This document shows, in pieces, positions 32,249-42,539 of a DNA stretch of 64,000 nt. How positions within the stretch are numbered: position 1 is the first letter of the stretch; each line of letters starts with the position of its first letter. Location: sequence record OZ196285.1; one strand, given 5' to 3'. Below the pieces are notes generated by a model. That model was not told the origin of the DNA. It did no database searches and saw only the letters and a list, made by a program, of their open reading frames with translations. The translations under genes and the position numbers were made by a program.

Positions 32249-34206
32249 TAGTTGACTGACCCTCTTCCGGTTTCTTTAGCTGAACCACCAGTTGATAGCG
32301 GTGAAGTAAAGTTAGTTGTTGCTTGAGAAACATTGTTCACTGCTTGATTCACCATTGTGTTACCAACAGTCGCTGCTTGTTGAGCAGCTTTGAACGCAGC
32401 ATCGCGAACAGCCATAGCTTCTAGAAGTGCTGCATTCGAGATTGTTTTCGCCCCCTCGATGCCTTCGGCAATCATTCGCTGACGTTCAGCTTGTAATGCT
32501 GCTGCTTCTGCTTGCTGTTTCTTCTCAAGTTCCATGTCAAGGAATCGATTTAATCCCTCGGTTGAATCTGCTAAACTCTTCACTGGGTTACGAAGTGTAT
32601 CAGTTACGCTCTTCGCACCGTCTATAATCGCTTGTCCTGCAACGTTAGCCCCATCAACGATTGCATCCCCAGCTTTGCCTAGATAATCAGTTTCGTAGCG
32701 TGCAGACATTCTAGCTTTCGTTGTTGCTTCGTCGGAATCGATACGCTTGCGCTCTTTCGAAAGTGTTTTCTCGTCTAACCAGTCAGGAACATCAATACCA
32801 GGGATGTAGTCGATAACGCTACCGATCACTTCTTTGATGTTTAACATCATGTTGTCAACTGCTAACATAAGCAACTTGAACGAATCGGGAATACTCATCC
32901 AACTAGCGATGATACCATTAATAGCATCGACATACATACTGAATGCTTTCTGTACGAAGGCAGTAATCTTGTCAAAACCTGCTACGATTCCATCAATTGC
33001 ACCCTCTGGTACTGCGTCCTTGATCTCATCACCGACTAAGCCAAACCAGTTGCCGATGCCGTTTAGAGTATCAGTAAACCACTGTGACACTAAGCTGAAT
33101 AATAACTGACGTTTTTCGGGGTCTGAGAATATCGATTTCAGAGTGCCGAAGATACGGTCGATTTCTTCTTCGAAGATTTTATAGATACCGTAACCTGCAA
33201 GCATTGCAGTTAGAGCAACAGGGTTCATCATGATCGCTACCATGCGACCTAGACCCAAGAATGCTTGTTTTACAACTACCCACATCCAACTTTTAATCGT
33301 TCCGCTCATATCATACGCGAGTTTCTGAACGATATTACCTGTCCCTTGAGTCAATTTACCGAATCCTAATAGAATCGACGATGCAATTCTACCTAATTTG
33401 CCAAATTTCGCTGCTGCTTGAGCCGCTGTGGCCATAGTTGCACTAAACGTCATGATCTTTCCGCCTAACAATGCTAGACCGATACCGACGTATTGAAACA
33501 GTTTCGCAATCCATCCTAACTGCTTGCCAGTCAAGTGATTCGCGATACGCTTCAAGCTGCTCGCCTGATCACGTTGAACTTTCATGTTCATTTTGTAGCG
33601 ATGTAGTTCTGTTTTACGGTCACGCGCACGCGTAACAGTTTCGTATGCGAAGATCTTCTTATACAGTGAGCTTATAAAGCCCACTGTAAGCGGCGAGTTG
33701 TTACCCGCACCCGATGTCAAGAACGAGTTTAAATCGTCTGACGAGTTCTTCTGCATCCCAATAAGCCGCTTCATATCATTGACTCTGAAAATCAGACGTT
33801 CGAACCAACGATTAAAGCCCTCCTGCATACGCATGAAGCCCATTTGTGCAGTTAATTTGGCTTCTTGAATGCCGCGTTCGATACGCGACAAGTGACCTTT
33901 AAAGTCTAATGTTGTTTTGATCACATCAGTCAATGAAATGATCGACGCTCTTAGCTTATTAGACCCTTGTTGGAAATTCTCACCGATGCGCTGAAACAAT
34001 GTTTTTTGCTGAATCGTTTGTTTCTCGTTCACTCTGAACACTGATTTCATCGTGTCTAGAAGCGACGATGTTGTTAGATCAATGTTGCCGACGTGACGAG
34101 CCACACGCTGCATCGTGTAAATTTCGGGTCTATCTTCTTGTTGAAGAATCATGTGATCTAATCTTCCGATTATCTCATTAATCTTCTTCGTGTTATCAGC
34201 CGACAT
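32248..34206 (-). CDS. 29: gp29-like tape measure or baseplate hub protein
   Basis: 652 aa, helical with hydrophobic stretches, located next to 51, 26 and 54; assigned by synteny. Confidence 0.55.
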   Translation of the reverse strand: MSADNTKKINEIIGRLDHMILQQEDRPEIYTMQRVARHVGNIDLTTSSLLDTMKSVFRVNEKQTIQQKTLFQRIGENFQQGSNKLRASIISLTDVIKTTLDFKGHLSRIERGIQEAKLTAQMGFMRMQEGFNRWFERLIFRVNDMKRLIGMQKNSSDDLNSFLTSGAGNNSPLTVGFISSLYKKIFAYETVTRARDRKTELHRYKMNMKVQRDQASSLKRIANHLTGKQLGWIAKLFQYVGIGLALLGGKIMTFSATMATAAQAAAKFGKLGRIASSILLGFGKLTQGTGNIVQKLAYDMSGTIKSWMWVVVKQAFLGLGRMVAIMMNPVALTAMLAGYGIYKIFEEEIDRIFGTLKSIFSDPEKRQLLFSLVSQWFTDTLNGIGNWFGLVGDEIKDAVPEGAIDGIVAGFDKITAFVQKAFSMYVDAINGIIASWMSIPDSFKLLMLAVDNMMLNIKEVIGSVIDYIPGIDVPDWLDEKTLSKERKRIDSDEATTKARMSARYETDYLGKAGDAIVDGANVAGQAIIDGAKSVTDTLRNPVKSLADSTEGLNRFLDMELEKKQQAEAAALQAERQRMIAEGIEGAKTISNAALLEAMAVRDAAFKAAQQAATVGNTMVNQAVNNVSQATTNFTSPLSTGGSAKETGRGSVN

Positions 34207-34373
34207 TATGAATTTTCCTTATTCTTTTCTTGAATATGATGGATTAATTGGGCGGCGTAAATGTCGCGCTCGAATAGAATCATAGTTTCTAAATCGTAAA
34301 GAGAAAAATTGCCATGAGTTACCATGGCAAAGTTTTCTTTGTAATACTCTTCTAGCGAGTATCTACCGAGCAT
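34206..34373 (-). CDS. 51: gp51-like baseplate hub assembly protein (55 aa, not in the ORF track)
   Basis: SLEEYYKENFAMVTHGNFSLYDLETMILFERDIY matches the short gp51 family pattern; coupled overlaps on both sides. Confidence 0.8.
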   Translation of the reverse strand: MLGRYSLEEYYKENFAMVTHGNFSLYDLETMILFERDIYAAQLIHHIQEKNKENS

Positions 34374-35218
34374 TAAACGAAAAAATCTTCAATCCCTTTC
34401 AGGGTTACTTTCTCGTGGTTACCACATTTAGGACACTTAACATCAATGTGCGTAGTCAAACGCGGTACATTATCGACGAACTTCTGCACTTTCGAGAATG
34501 CGTTCGTGTCAAGCTCACCCATGATGTCAATTAGCTTGCCTTGTTCTGCAAGTTCCTGCTTCGTGTACACTGTTTCGCCTACGTGAACTTCGTGAATCGC
34601 AGCAACTGCAATGTTGAACAACCCCTGAGGTTCATTCGGGTTGTTATCTTCGTAAACCTTGATGTGCGGGTGTTGAAGAGAGATAATTACTTGACTATTC
34701 ACCTTGATTAGAGTCTCACCTTTGAACTCAGGCACATATGCTTTATTCAAGTCTATGTGTGTGGTGATCTTTTCGCCACATAGAGACTTGTCTGGTGCGA
34801 ATACTTTCTCGATTGCTTCTTCATCAGTTTGATTGACGATTTCGGCAAACAGATCGTCGGCAGATTTTTCAAGCTCGGCTTCTTCTTCAGCAGATAGATG
34901 TTCTTCCGAGTCTGTTTTCTCTGCACAGCAGTTGTATTCTGCTTGAATTTCAGTAACGCCATTGCTGTTCATATACATGTGCATGAACAAGAACTCAGCG
35001 TCACCGACAGTCAGATCTTCCATTTTAATATCAGATACGATACAGTTCGACAGTGCTTGCTCGATTGCATCGATCTTTTCATCAGATTCATTGGCTATTA
35101 GTAACGCTTTGTGCTCTTTTGCAAGCATTGCGCGAAGTTTCACTTCTTCACCAGTTGAAGGCAGTTTTACAGAATATTGTGGCGCAGCTAGTACGTTAAT
35201 ATCGAATGTTTTAGTCAT
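34373..35218 (-). CDS. 26: gp26 baseplate hub subunit
   Basis: Y.VKLPSTG..VK.R....KE.K.LL.A and C-terminal CPKC...L.G...FF. Confidence 0.85.
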   Translation of the reverse strand: MTKTFDINVLAAPQYSVKLPSTGEEVKLRAMLAKEHKALLIANESDEKIDAIEQALSNCIVSDIKMEDLTVGDAEFLFMHMYMNSNGVTEIQAEYNCCAEKTDSEEHLSAEEEAELEKSADDLFAEIVNQTDEEAIEKVFAPDKSLCGEKITTHIDLNKAYVPEFKGETLIKVNSQVIISLQHPHIKVYEDNNPNEPQGLFNIAVAAIHEVHVGETVYTKQELAEQGKLIDIMGELDTNAFSKVQKFVDNVPRLTTHIDVKCPKCGNHEKVTLKGIEDFFV

Positions 35219-35228
35219 TATGTTTACC

Positions 35229-35969
35229 TTATAAAAGACCAGTAAGAGCTTCAGTGCTCGTATTATAAATGCTGTTGAATCCAGTTTCGTGTGCTTGTTC
35301 TATACCAAGAGCACCTGAAACTTTGTCTTTGATATCTTCGGATATATAAGTCGCAGATTCATACACGAATTCGACTTCAAATTCGGCAATAGCGTTGTTG
35401 TTTTCGTAGCCTAGCTGAACTCCACCTACTCGCGTAGGGAATGCGTTCTTCAAGCTCGTCATTGTAACCATTTGTGTGTTGCGGTCGTATGTGTAAATCT
35501 CGATTGTACGTACGTAGTTCGCGGCAAAGCCAACTTGTGCGCTTGAATTCGTATAGATTTGTTTGAACCAACCGAGCATCATTTTTCGCTCGGGGTGTTT
35601 CGGTGACAAATACATCGTCATCGTGACCGGCTCGTCAGTTTTCGCTTTCACGATATGAGACGGTGCTCGGCGAGTTTTATCAACGTCTGTTTCGTACGAT
35701 GAACCCGGGATGTTCACAGATTTAACCATCATCCCGATGTTGCGTTCATACTCAAACCCCGAACCAAACAGATCCATCGTTGACATCATCGCGTCTTCTA
35801 CGCCAATGCCCTTTACTGTATCGGTTGCTGCGTTGTAAATAGTCTCGCCTGTATTCGCTACTTGCTTCGCTGTGTCTTGCAGCGATGCGAAACGCACCGC
35901 GTACAAATTTGGACGAGCTAAATCGTTCTTAGTGATTTGTGCTAAGAACTTTTTAACATCAACTGTCAT
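35229..35969 (-). CDS. 54: gp54 baseplate tail-tube initiator
   Basis: DLARPNLY.V, SVNIPG, AFP..VG...L.YE and F.V.F.Y motifs. Confidence 0.85.
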   Translation of the reverse strand: MTVDVKKFLAQITKNDLARPNLYAVRFASLQDTAKQVANTGETIYNAATDTVKGIGVEDAMMSTMDLFGSGFEYERNIGMMVKSVNIPGSSYETDVDKTRRAPSHIVKAKTDEPVTMTMYLSPKHPERKMMLGWFKQIYTNSSAQVGFAANYVRTIEIYTYDRNTQMVTMTSLKNAFPTRVGGVQLGYENNNAIAEFEVEFVYESATYISEDIKDKVSGALGIEQAHETGFNSIYNTSTEALTGLL

Positions 35970-35971
35970 GT

Positions 35972-36571
35972 TTATCTCCTACGTCTGTAACGATCATCGT
36001 AAGCACGAACAGCAGAAATATTACGACCATTTTTAGCAACGAATTGCTGAAGTGGCATGTGAATAACATTGAACCAGTCATGAGGCTTCACTTCTTCAAG
36101 GGAGCCTTTTATTCGCTTCATGATGTACAATTTCACCATGTGCTTACTGAATTTAATGTTCCTCACTCGACCCCAATCGACGATTAGGCGCGTAGAGTTA
36201 CTAACTGTTTTTGTGTTTGAGAATTTAATTAACGTCGTTAAAAATTTCTCACGATCTTTCGGTGGTATATAGTGTAAGTTCAGTCCGAGCATATAGCCCT
36301 TGCTTTGACCTAAACAGATAATGCATGGGAACTTATCCCAATACGGCAGTTCTGCTTTGCCTTTCGCGTCGTATGCAAATACATACATGTTGCCTTTATG
36401 GGGAACTTGAACCTTTTTGCTTCGAATAGCATTGCTAACACGCTGCTTGAACCAAGAGATCGACTTTCGCTGATTCTTCGCGACTGGCTGACGACCTAGC
36501 TCGTGCATTTGAGCTTTAAAGCTCTGTAGCAAGCTTTCTTTTTTATTCGGTGTTCTGTCTACTTTTGCCAT
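35972..36571 (-). CDS. 2: gp2 DNA end protector
   Basis: Y.F.YDAK.K..LPYWDKFP and GLNLHYIPP motifs. Confidence 0.95.
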   Translation of the reverse strand: MAKVDRTPNKKESLLQSFKAQMHELGRQPVAKNQRKSISWFKQRVSNAIRSKKVQVPHKGNMYVFAYDAKGKAELPYWDKFPCIICLGQSKGYMLGLNLHYIPPKDREKFLTTLIKFSNTKTVSNSTRLIVDWGRVRNIKFSKHMVKLYIMKRIKGSLEEVKPHDWFNVIHMPLQQFVAKNGRNISAVRAYDDRYRRRR

Positions 36572-37026
36572 TAGATTCTAAGCCCTATCAACTTTCTCAA
36601 CCCATGCTCAGTCAAAACTTTGAACGACCATCCCTTCTGCTTTGCGTATTTAATAGCAGCTTCCCACTTGTCTTGATTGACTTGATATGTGTAAACGTCG
36701 TGTAATAGTCGTTTCTTCGCTTTCTCAGTCATTCTCTGAGGTTTTTCGGGTGGTCTTGTTTCTTTGTGTGGTTTGATTTCAAAAATGAACTCGCGACCGT
36801 CTGAGAATTTCACAAAAAAGTCCATGAAATATCTTCTCTTCTTGCCGCCATCCGCTTTGCTAACGTACGGGATTACAATTTCTTCGCTGTTCCATCGAAC
36901 TACGTGTGGGTTGTTGTCGCACCAACGCATGAACGAAAGCTCCCATGAGCTTCGATATTCTATCTTCTGATAGTTACCTTTATACTTCGATTTATTCGTC
37001 GGGACGAATTTTCCAGAATATGCCAT
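36571..37026 (-). CDS. 4: gp4 head completion protein
   Basis: MAYSGKF.P.N..KY.G, YRSSWE, IPY and EIKP motifs. Confidence 0.95.
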   Translation of the reverse strand: MAYSGKFVPTNKSKYKGNYQKIEYRSSWELSFMRWCDNNPHVVRWNSEEIVIPYVSKADGGKKRRYFMDFFVKFSDGREFIFEIKPHKETRPPEKPQRMTEKAKKRLLHDVYTYQVNQDKWEAAIKYAKQKGWSFKVLTEHGLRKLIGLRI

Positions 37027-37044
37027 AAAACGTCTCCTTTCTTA

Positions 37045-37067
37045 TATTTAGTGTCGCGTCTAAATAC
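37045..37067. promoter_or_regulatory. Back-to-back late promoters for genes 4 and 48
   Basis: CTAAATA on both strands. Confidence 0.65.
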
Positions 37068-37093
37068 GTGTATATTACTAATCGGAGAATAAC

Positions 37094-38236
37094 ATGGGAC
37101 TATTTGGCTATATAGGGCTAGACGGAGGTCAAAGCGACACACTAGACAGAGTGTTAGCAATGGACAACTCGGGTGGTCTTGACTCAACAACAACAACAGA
37201 AATCACGGATACTGATCAAGGACGGGACGCACAATCGAAACAAATGGTCGCGTTAACATACCCACTGAATCTAGGTGTTGCTAGTGGACATCCGAACTTT
37301 TTCATATTTCGGGCGTATGATATGGCGAGTACGACGAAACAACATTACACGGACATGCGAAGCTCATTTACCGCTCAGACAAAAGAGAGTGAAACTGCTA
37401 CTGAAATTCCACAGGAATTGATGGCGACTATCGCGCTATATGCACCGAATCTAGTTGAGGAGGTGTCTCATGAATTTGATAAAACGCCGACCTCTGTTAT
37501 GTCAGATTTTCTTGCTGATATGGCGAAGGTTCCTGGCGCAGAATCAGTTCAAGAGGGTGTTAATTTAGCAGGCAAGGCAGCAAAGACAGGTGCAGGCGCG
37601 ACAGTCGCGCAATTTCAGCGTTCATTCATTCAAAACAACGCTGCGGCTCAGTTGAAGAAAGACAGTAAAGTCGTAACGGATAACGTGACCGTGTCCGCGT
37701 ATAAAGGTACAGCTCAACGTACTCAGACAGTTGTATATATTTTTCATCCGAAATCACTAGCAGAGCTGAAAGAAGTCGGTAATATCATCAAGACATTTTA
37801 CAGTCTATCATTACCAGTGAAAACATCGATGGATAGTGATTTTGTAGGTGCTGACGCACTGGGATCTGCGGGATCTGCGGGATTTGGTAAGTATGCAACT
37901 ATGCTGAAAACGCCACCAGTTTGGATGATCGAAGAAGTTACTGACAGTAGCGCACCGCGTTACACTCCTCGATTTGTGTTCGGTCCGGCCGGTATCACAA
38001 ACGTTAAGTTGAACAGAACACCCGACCAATACTGGCGTACGTTTAGAGGGACATCAGGCGATTCGTCAGGGATTGAACTTGAGATTACGTTTACAGAACT
38101 TATTCCGCTTGATCGTGACATGTACAACCGTGACATTAGCAGTTATACACAAGGGTATCAAGATAACACAGTGAGTGCTTCGGGCGACAGTACGGGTTCT
38201 GCATCTATAATTGACGACATTACGGGGATTTTCTAA
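37094..38236 (+). CDS. 48: gp48 baseplate tail-tube cap
   Basis: RTQ...Y.F.PKS..EL, PPVW.I, FGPA.IT....RTPD and LE.TF.E motifs. Confidence 0.85.
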   Translation: MGLFGYIGLDGGQSDTLDRVLAMDNSGGLDSTTTTEITDTDQGRDAQSKQMVALTYPLNLGVASGHPNFFIFRAYDMASTTKQHYTDMRSSFTAQTKESETATEIPQELMATIALYAPNLVEEVSHEFDKTPTSVMSDFLADMAKVPGAESVQEGVNLAGKAAKTGAGATVAQFQRSFIQNNAAAQLKKDSKVVTDNVTVSAYKGTAQRTQTVVYIFHPKSLAELKEVGNIIKTFYSLSLPVKTSMDSDFVGADALGSAGSAGFGKYATMLKTPPVWMIEEVTDSSAPRYTPRFVFGPAGITNVKLNRTPDQYWRTFRGTSGDSSGIELEITFTELIPLDRDMYNRDISSYTQGYQDNTVSASGDSTGSASIIDDITGIF

Positions 38237-38814
38237 TGATTTTTTCTATATTTGAACGCGTCGAATATGAGGGGGTTGCTACGGCTGATATTTTCAAGAA
38301 CTTGAATTATTACCACAAGCAACTAGCCGATGATTACGACATAATTCAATACAAAATAAGGGGCGATTATCGCCCCGAACAAATAGCATATGAACTGTAC
38401 GGCGATACATCGCTATACTGGATGATTATGCTGTTCAATGAACGCGTAGATCCGTTTTACGATTGGGTTCAGCCCAATGAAACAGTGTCTGAAAATTCAG
38501 AATATCGATATCAGTGGATTGGCGGTAATGACCAAGTACATCATCACATCGACGAGCAAGGTCGATGGTGGTATGATATGACAGAAGACCCAGATAATCC
38601 ACGCAATTGGTACAACAATTTCGACTTCATTAACAACGCGCCGGAAGAGGGACAAGAAGATCATCGTGAGCTACTTTATCACGGTGTTATGATCCCTGTG
38701 TCAGTTGATGAGTTCGAATTTGATAAAAATGAGGGTTATCGTGTGATTAACGTCATTGCACAAGATGATGTTGCGACATACGTTAGCTCGTTTATGAGAT
38801 TAGCAGGGGTATAA
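38236..38814 (+). CDS. 53: gp53 baseplate wedge subunit
   Basis: RPEQIAYELYGD..LYW.I...N...DPFYDW. Confidence 0.92.
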   Translation: MIFSIFERVEYEGVATADIFKNLNYYHKQLADDYDIIQYKIRGDYRPEQIAYELYGDTSLYWMIMLFNERVDPFYDWVQPNETVSENSEYRYQWIGGNDQVHHHIDEQGRWWYDMTEDPDNPRNWYNNFDFINNAPEEGQEDHRELLYHGVMIPVSVDEFEFDKNEGYRVINVIAQDDVATYVSSFMRLAGV

Positions 38815-38815
38815 C

Positions 38816-40087
38816 ATGTTTGAAATGCGCTCGGCTAACCCGGTAGAAAACTTCGTGGTTAGCCAAATCACCATTCGTGGCGTTAATTACTCTGCGGCTG
38901 TTGAAAACGAAATTACGCACTTGGAAGTATATGAGTCGCTTGACGGTTTGACTTCGGGTGTTGTGATGTTCACTGATACAGCGGGCATCGCTGATACAGT
39001 TCGAATGAACGGCTTCGAAGCAGTAGATCTTGAGTTCGCATCGTTCGTGGGGGCGCAAGCGAACAAAGTTTATCGCAAGTCGTTTCGATGTACTGGTATT
39101 TCACGTAGTCCGTCGAGAACTGGTGGATTTGAGACTGTAATGGTTCGTTTCACTAATAACTTGCTGACACTGAACGACTACAAGAAGCGCCCGTATGTGT
39201 TTAAGAAGACGAGTATATCGAACATCATCAAAGCAATTCTAGATGGAATGGGTGATGAAGCACAAGTATATGACCTTGAGCCTAGCTTGTATCAACGAGA
39301 TTTCGTGACTCACATCACGAAACCGTTCGACACGATCAAAAGCATTGTGAATCACGCAAGCACCGATGTTTCGAACTCATGTAAGTTTGTGTTCTATGAA
39401 GATCGTGACGGTTTGAAACTAAAGTCACTCGGAACCCTGCGTGCTCAAGAGTACGATTATATCATTCGCAAAGGTGCCGATACCGGAGACGGTAAATGGA
39501 CATCAGGTAAAGGCACTACTATCACGGCACTTCGCGTGATGGTAAAAGAACAATCTGATATGAAGCGCATTCGTAGTGGCATATATGGCTCGCGTACGTA
39601 TGCGCACAGTTTAATCAACAAAAAGCTAACAACTAGTGATGTTCGTAGAAACGATTATATCGCAAACGTCGGGATTTTGAATGATGTTGCTCACTTGTAC
39701 ACTAGCGAAGACGTTATGGCGAGCGAAGTTCCTGATAATGAGCAGCCGCTAAACAGTATTCAGCTTGTTTCGCATGACGGTTTTTACGAGAAAGACACAA
39801 ATCACCCGTTGGGGTCGATACATGGCGTCGGTCTTATGGAAGATACATACATTAATGCAAAGCGAATCGTAGTTGAAATTCCTGGTAATACGAATATCAC
39901 AGTTGGTGAAGTTGTTTACATGGACTTTAAATCGGTTACTGGTGACAATCACGCGAGTATGGATGCATCTGGTAGATGGCTCGTGCATGAAGTCAAGCAT
40001 CGCGTTGAATCGAATAAATTCGTCACGACTCTTGAGTTGGCTAATGATTCGTCTGTTGACATCGCAATCGCGGGGAGCAAAAAATAA
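38816..40087 (+). CDS. 27: gp27 baseplate hub subunit
   Basis: Precedes gp5; FYEDRDG and IPGN...TVG motifs. Confidence 0.75.
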   Translation: MFEMRSANPVENFVVSQITIRGVNYSAAVENEITHLEVYESLDGLTSGVVMFTDTAGIADTVRMNGFEAVDLEFASFVGAQANKVYRKSFRCTGISRSPSRTGGFETVMVRFTNNLLTLNDYKKRPYVFKKTSISNIIKAILDGMGDEAQVYDLEPSLYQRDFVTHITKPFDTIKSIVNHASTDVSNSCKFVFYEDRDGLKLKSLGTLRAQEYDYIIRKGADTGDGKWTSGKGTTITALRVMVKEQSDMKRIRSGIYGSRTYAHSLINKKLTTSDVRRNDYIANVGILNDVAHLYTSEDVMASEVPDNEQPLNSIQLVSHDGFYEKDTNHPLGSIHGVGLMEDTYINAKRIVVEIPGNTNITVGEVVYMDFKSVTGDNHASMDASGRWLVHEVKHRVESNKFVTTLELANDSSVDIAIAGSKK

Positions 40088-41352
40088 TGTTTATGGGATT
40101 AGATGGATTTGAGTGGTGGACTGGCGTAGTTGAAGATCGCACGTCTGACCCTCTCAAGTTAGGTAGAATTAAGGTGCGAATGATCGGTTTGCACCCCGAG
40201 AAAAAGAACTCAGAGCAGGGTATCAAAACTGAAGAATTGTTGTGGGTTTTTCCCATGCAGTCTTTCGAAAACGCTGGTATGAATGGGATAGGACAGACTC
40301 CGCTAGGAGTAGTTGAGGGAACGTGGCTTGTCGGCTTCTTCAGAGACAAATTGCATCAAGATGCTGTTGCAATGGGCGTATTACCCGGGATTCCGGGTGA
40401 AGTCGCCAACGGATCTCGTGGATTCAATGATCCGAATGAGAAATATCCGTTATCTGATAAGCTCAATGAGCCAGATACGAATCGCCTTGCACGCAACGAC
40501 GTTTCATCAGACGAATACGATGAACAAGCAGCAGTAGACGCGTTTGAGCGCGGTGATACTGATTATGTTCATCGACCGCACGCAGTTATTGCAGCTAAAC
40601 GCGCTTTAGACGAGATTGAAATCCCGACAGCGGGATATAATGCTGCTGGTGCGCTCTATGACGAGCCTAGTACCCCGTATAACGCGCAGTATCCGTTCAA
40701 TCACGTTCATGAAAGTGAATGTGGGCATATCAGCGAAATCGACGACACGCCCGATACAGAGCGTTTGCACACGTATCATAAAAGCGGCACATTTGAAGAG
40801 ATTCACCCTGACGGTACGCGAGTTGTTCGAATCATCGGTGATGACTTTGAAGTTGTCAAACGCAATCAGAACTTGTACGTGAAAGGTAACTTGAATGTGA
40901 CCGTTGTCGGTGATGCGACGTTCTATTGTCAGCAAAACGTTACTCAACAAATCGACGGTAACTTGAAGCAGCATGTGAAAGGCAATGTTGATCAGCACGT
41001 CGAAATGAATGTAACGCAAACGGTTGACGAGAACGTTGTTCAGACAGTGCATGGGAATGTTACTCAAGAGATTGATGGTGATGTATCGCAAACGGTTCAT
41101 CAGAACGTCACACAGACTGTTGACGGTAACGTTAATCAAAATGTGGGTGGCAGCGTTCAAAGCACGGTTACAGGGGATTACACGCAACATATCAGCGGTA
41201 ATTACACAATAACAGTCGGCGGTTCGATGTCAGAGAGTGTGAGTTCGTCTTATTCTCGTTCAGCTTCGTCTATTTCAGACGATGGTGGTGGCGCGACATT
41301 GAATCTTGCAGGTGCAGCAGCACTAGACGGTTCAACAGTGAGCTTGGGTTAA
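40087..41352 (+). CDS. 5: gp5 central spike without a lysozyme domain
   Basis: OB fold (WW.GVVEDR.DPLKLGR), YP.NHV.ESE.GH, C-terminal V.G beta-helix repeats. Confidence 0.93.
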   Translation: MFMGLDGFEWWTGVVEDRTSDPLKLGRIKVRMIGLHPEKKNSEQGIKTEELLWVFPMQSFENAGMNGIGQTPLGVVEGTWLVGFFRDKLHQDAVAMGVLPGIPGEVANGSRGFNDPNEKYPLSDKLNEPDTNRLARNDVSSDEYDEQAAVDAFERGDTDYVHRPHAVIAAKRALDEIEIPTAGYNAAGALYDEPSTPYNAQYPFNHVHESECGHISEIDDTPDTERLHTYHKSGTFEEIHPDGTRVVRIIGDDFEVVKRNQNLYVKGNLNVTVVGDATFYCQQNVTQQIDGNLKQHVKGNVDQHVEMNVTQTVDENVVQTVHGNVTQEIDGDVSQTVHQNVTQTVDGNVNQNVGGSVQSTVTGDYTQHISGNYTITVGGSMSESVSSSYSRSASSISDDGGGATLNLAGAAALDGSTVSLG

Positions 41353-41353
41353 T

Positions 41354-41836
41354 ATGGCTAGTATTCTTCCGCTTTTGCTAGAAGAAACGCCAGAGGCAGA
41401 GAGCGTAGATGTTACGTTCTCTGCTGTTCTCGAAGAGGGCGAGACGTTAGACAGCATTAGCATTACATCACACAGAGAAAACACGGGAATTACTGTGTCA
41501 GGCGCGAGATTTCATGGTCAGTACGTTGATTCGTTCGACTTGGGTCCGAATGGCTTGTTATATCGCGATACGCGAGACAACAGTTATCACAGCGTCGGTG
41601 GCTTTGACGAGCTACCCGAGAATCCCGTTAACGGCCACGTGTATCGATTCGAAGCACCTAGTCCATTAACGACAGATTACGATTACACGGTAACTTTAAA
41701 TTACACGTACGAAGATCCGCTTGTACCGGGAATGCCTGAAGAGCTTGAAATAATCGAGACGTTCACTCAAACAGTGAAAGGTAAATGGGACGCATGGGGT
41801 CAACAGCTACGTGATTACATAGCAGCAGGGAACTAA
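41354..41836 (+). CDS. gp5.1-like protein
   Basis: Synteny between 5 and the PAAR gene. Confidence 0.55.
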   Translation: MASILPLLLEETPEAESVDVTFSAVLEEGETLDSISITSHRENTGITVSGARFHGQYVDSFDLGPNGLLYRDTRDNSYHSVGGFDELPENPVNGHVYRFEAPSPLTTDYDYTVTLNYTYEDPLVPGMPEELEIIETFTQTVKGKWDAWGQQLRDYIAAGN

Positions 41837-41837
41837 T

Positions 41838-42134
41838 ATGCCAGCAATAGCAAGATCAGGTGACCCGACAACAGGTCATGCAACATACCCACCAACGACT
41901 GTAGTGGGTGGTAGTCCAAAAGTATCAGCTCAAGGGATTGGGGTTTTGTCAGAAGCGAATTTGATTCACGTTACGCATTGTAACACAGTCAAACCGCACG
42001 ATTGCCACGCAGGTAGCGCAGCAACGTTCAGTGATAAAGTGTTTATCGAAGGAAGCCCCGCAGTTCGCATAGGGGATATGCTAACTTGCGGAGATACTGT
42101 AGCAGGTGGTGCAGGTAAAGTCGTTAGTGCTTAA
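41838..42134 (+). CDS. 5.4: gp5.4 PAAR spike-tip protein
   Basis: PAIAR.GD...GH, VFIEG.PAVRIGD...CGD. Confidence 0.92.
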   Translation: MPAIARSGDPTTGHATYPPTTVVGGSPKVSAQGIGVLSEANLIHVTHCNTVKPHDCHAGSAATFSDKVFIEGSPAVRIGDMLTCGDTVAGGAGKVVSA

Positions 42135-42484
42135 AGATCGTTATGTTCTTTAATCTTCGCGTTATCAGACACGCTTGTATCAACGAATTCAGGCTCGAAC
42201 GAGTTGTCTTTCGCGATTGGTAACACTAATATTGTGTCTTGTGGTACTTGATATTGACCGATGTCGTTTTTAACTTCAGTAATAACAGGTCGCGTGATTG
42301 GCGAAGTGATCACTTTGTATGCGCTGAACACGATAGTCAGTACGATTACTGCTAGTGATACACGACCATATGGGAATTTCAGTTCGAATTTACACAGTTT
42401 CGCGATGAATGCCATCAGAAACATGATTAGAAATACGATTACAGCAGCGCCTACAACAGGCAAGATAGGGAGTAAGAATTCCAT
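42131..42484 (-). CDS. Two-TM membrane protein
   Basis: Two hydrophobic helices; start moved to MEFLL (SD AAGGA). Confidence 0.7.
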   Translation of the reverse strand: MEFLLPILPVVGAAVIVFLIMFLMAFIAKLCKFELKFPYGRVSLAVIVLTIVFSAYKVITSPITRPVITEVKNDIGQYQVPQDTILVLPIAKDNSFEPEFVDTSVSDNAKIKEHNDL

Positions 42485-42539
42485 GATATTTTCCTTATTT
42501 AAAAAGGGCGACATAATGCCGCCCTTTTTGATTAGATGA

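Noticed and set aside
40606-41190. 194-aa minus-strand ORF
   Set aside because: Antisense artefact of the periodic gp5 beta-helix.
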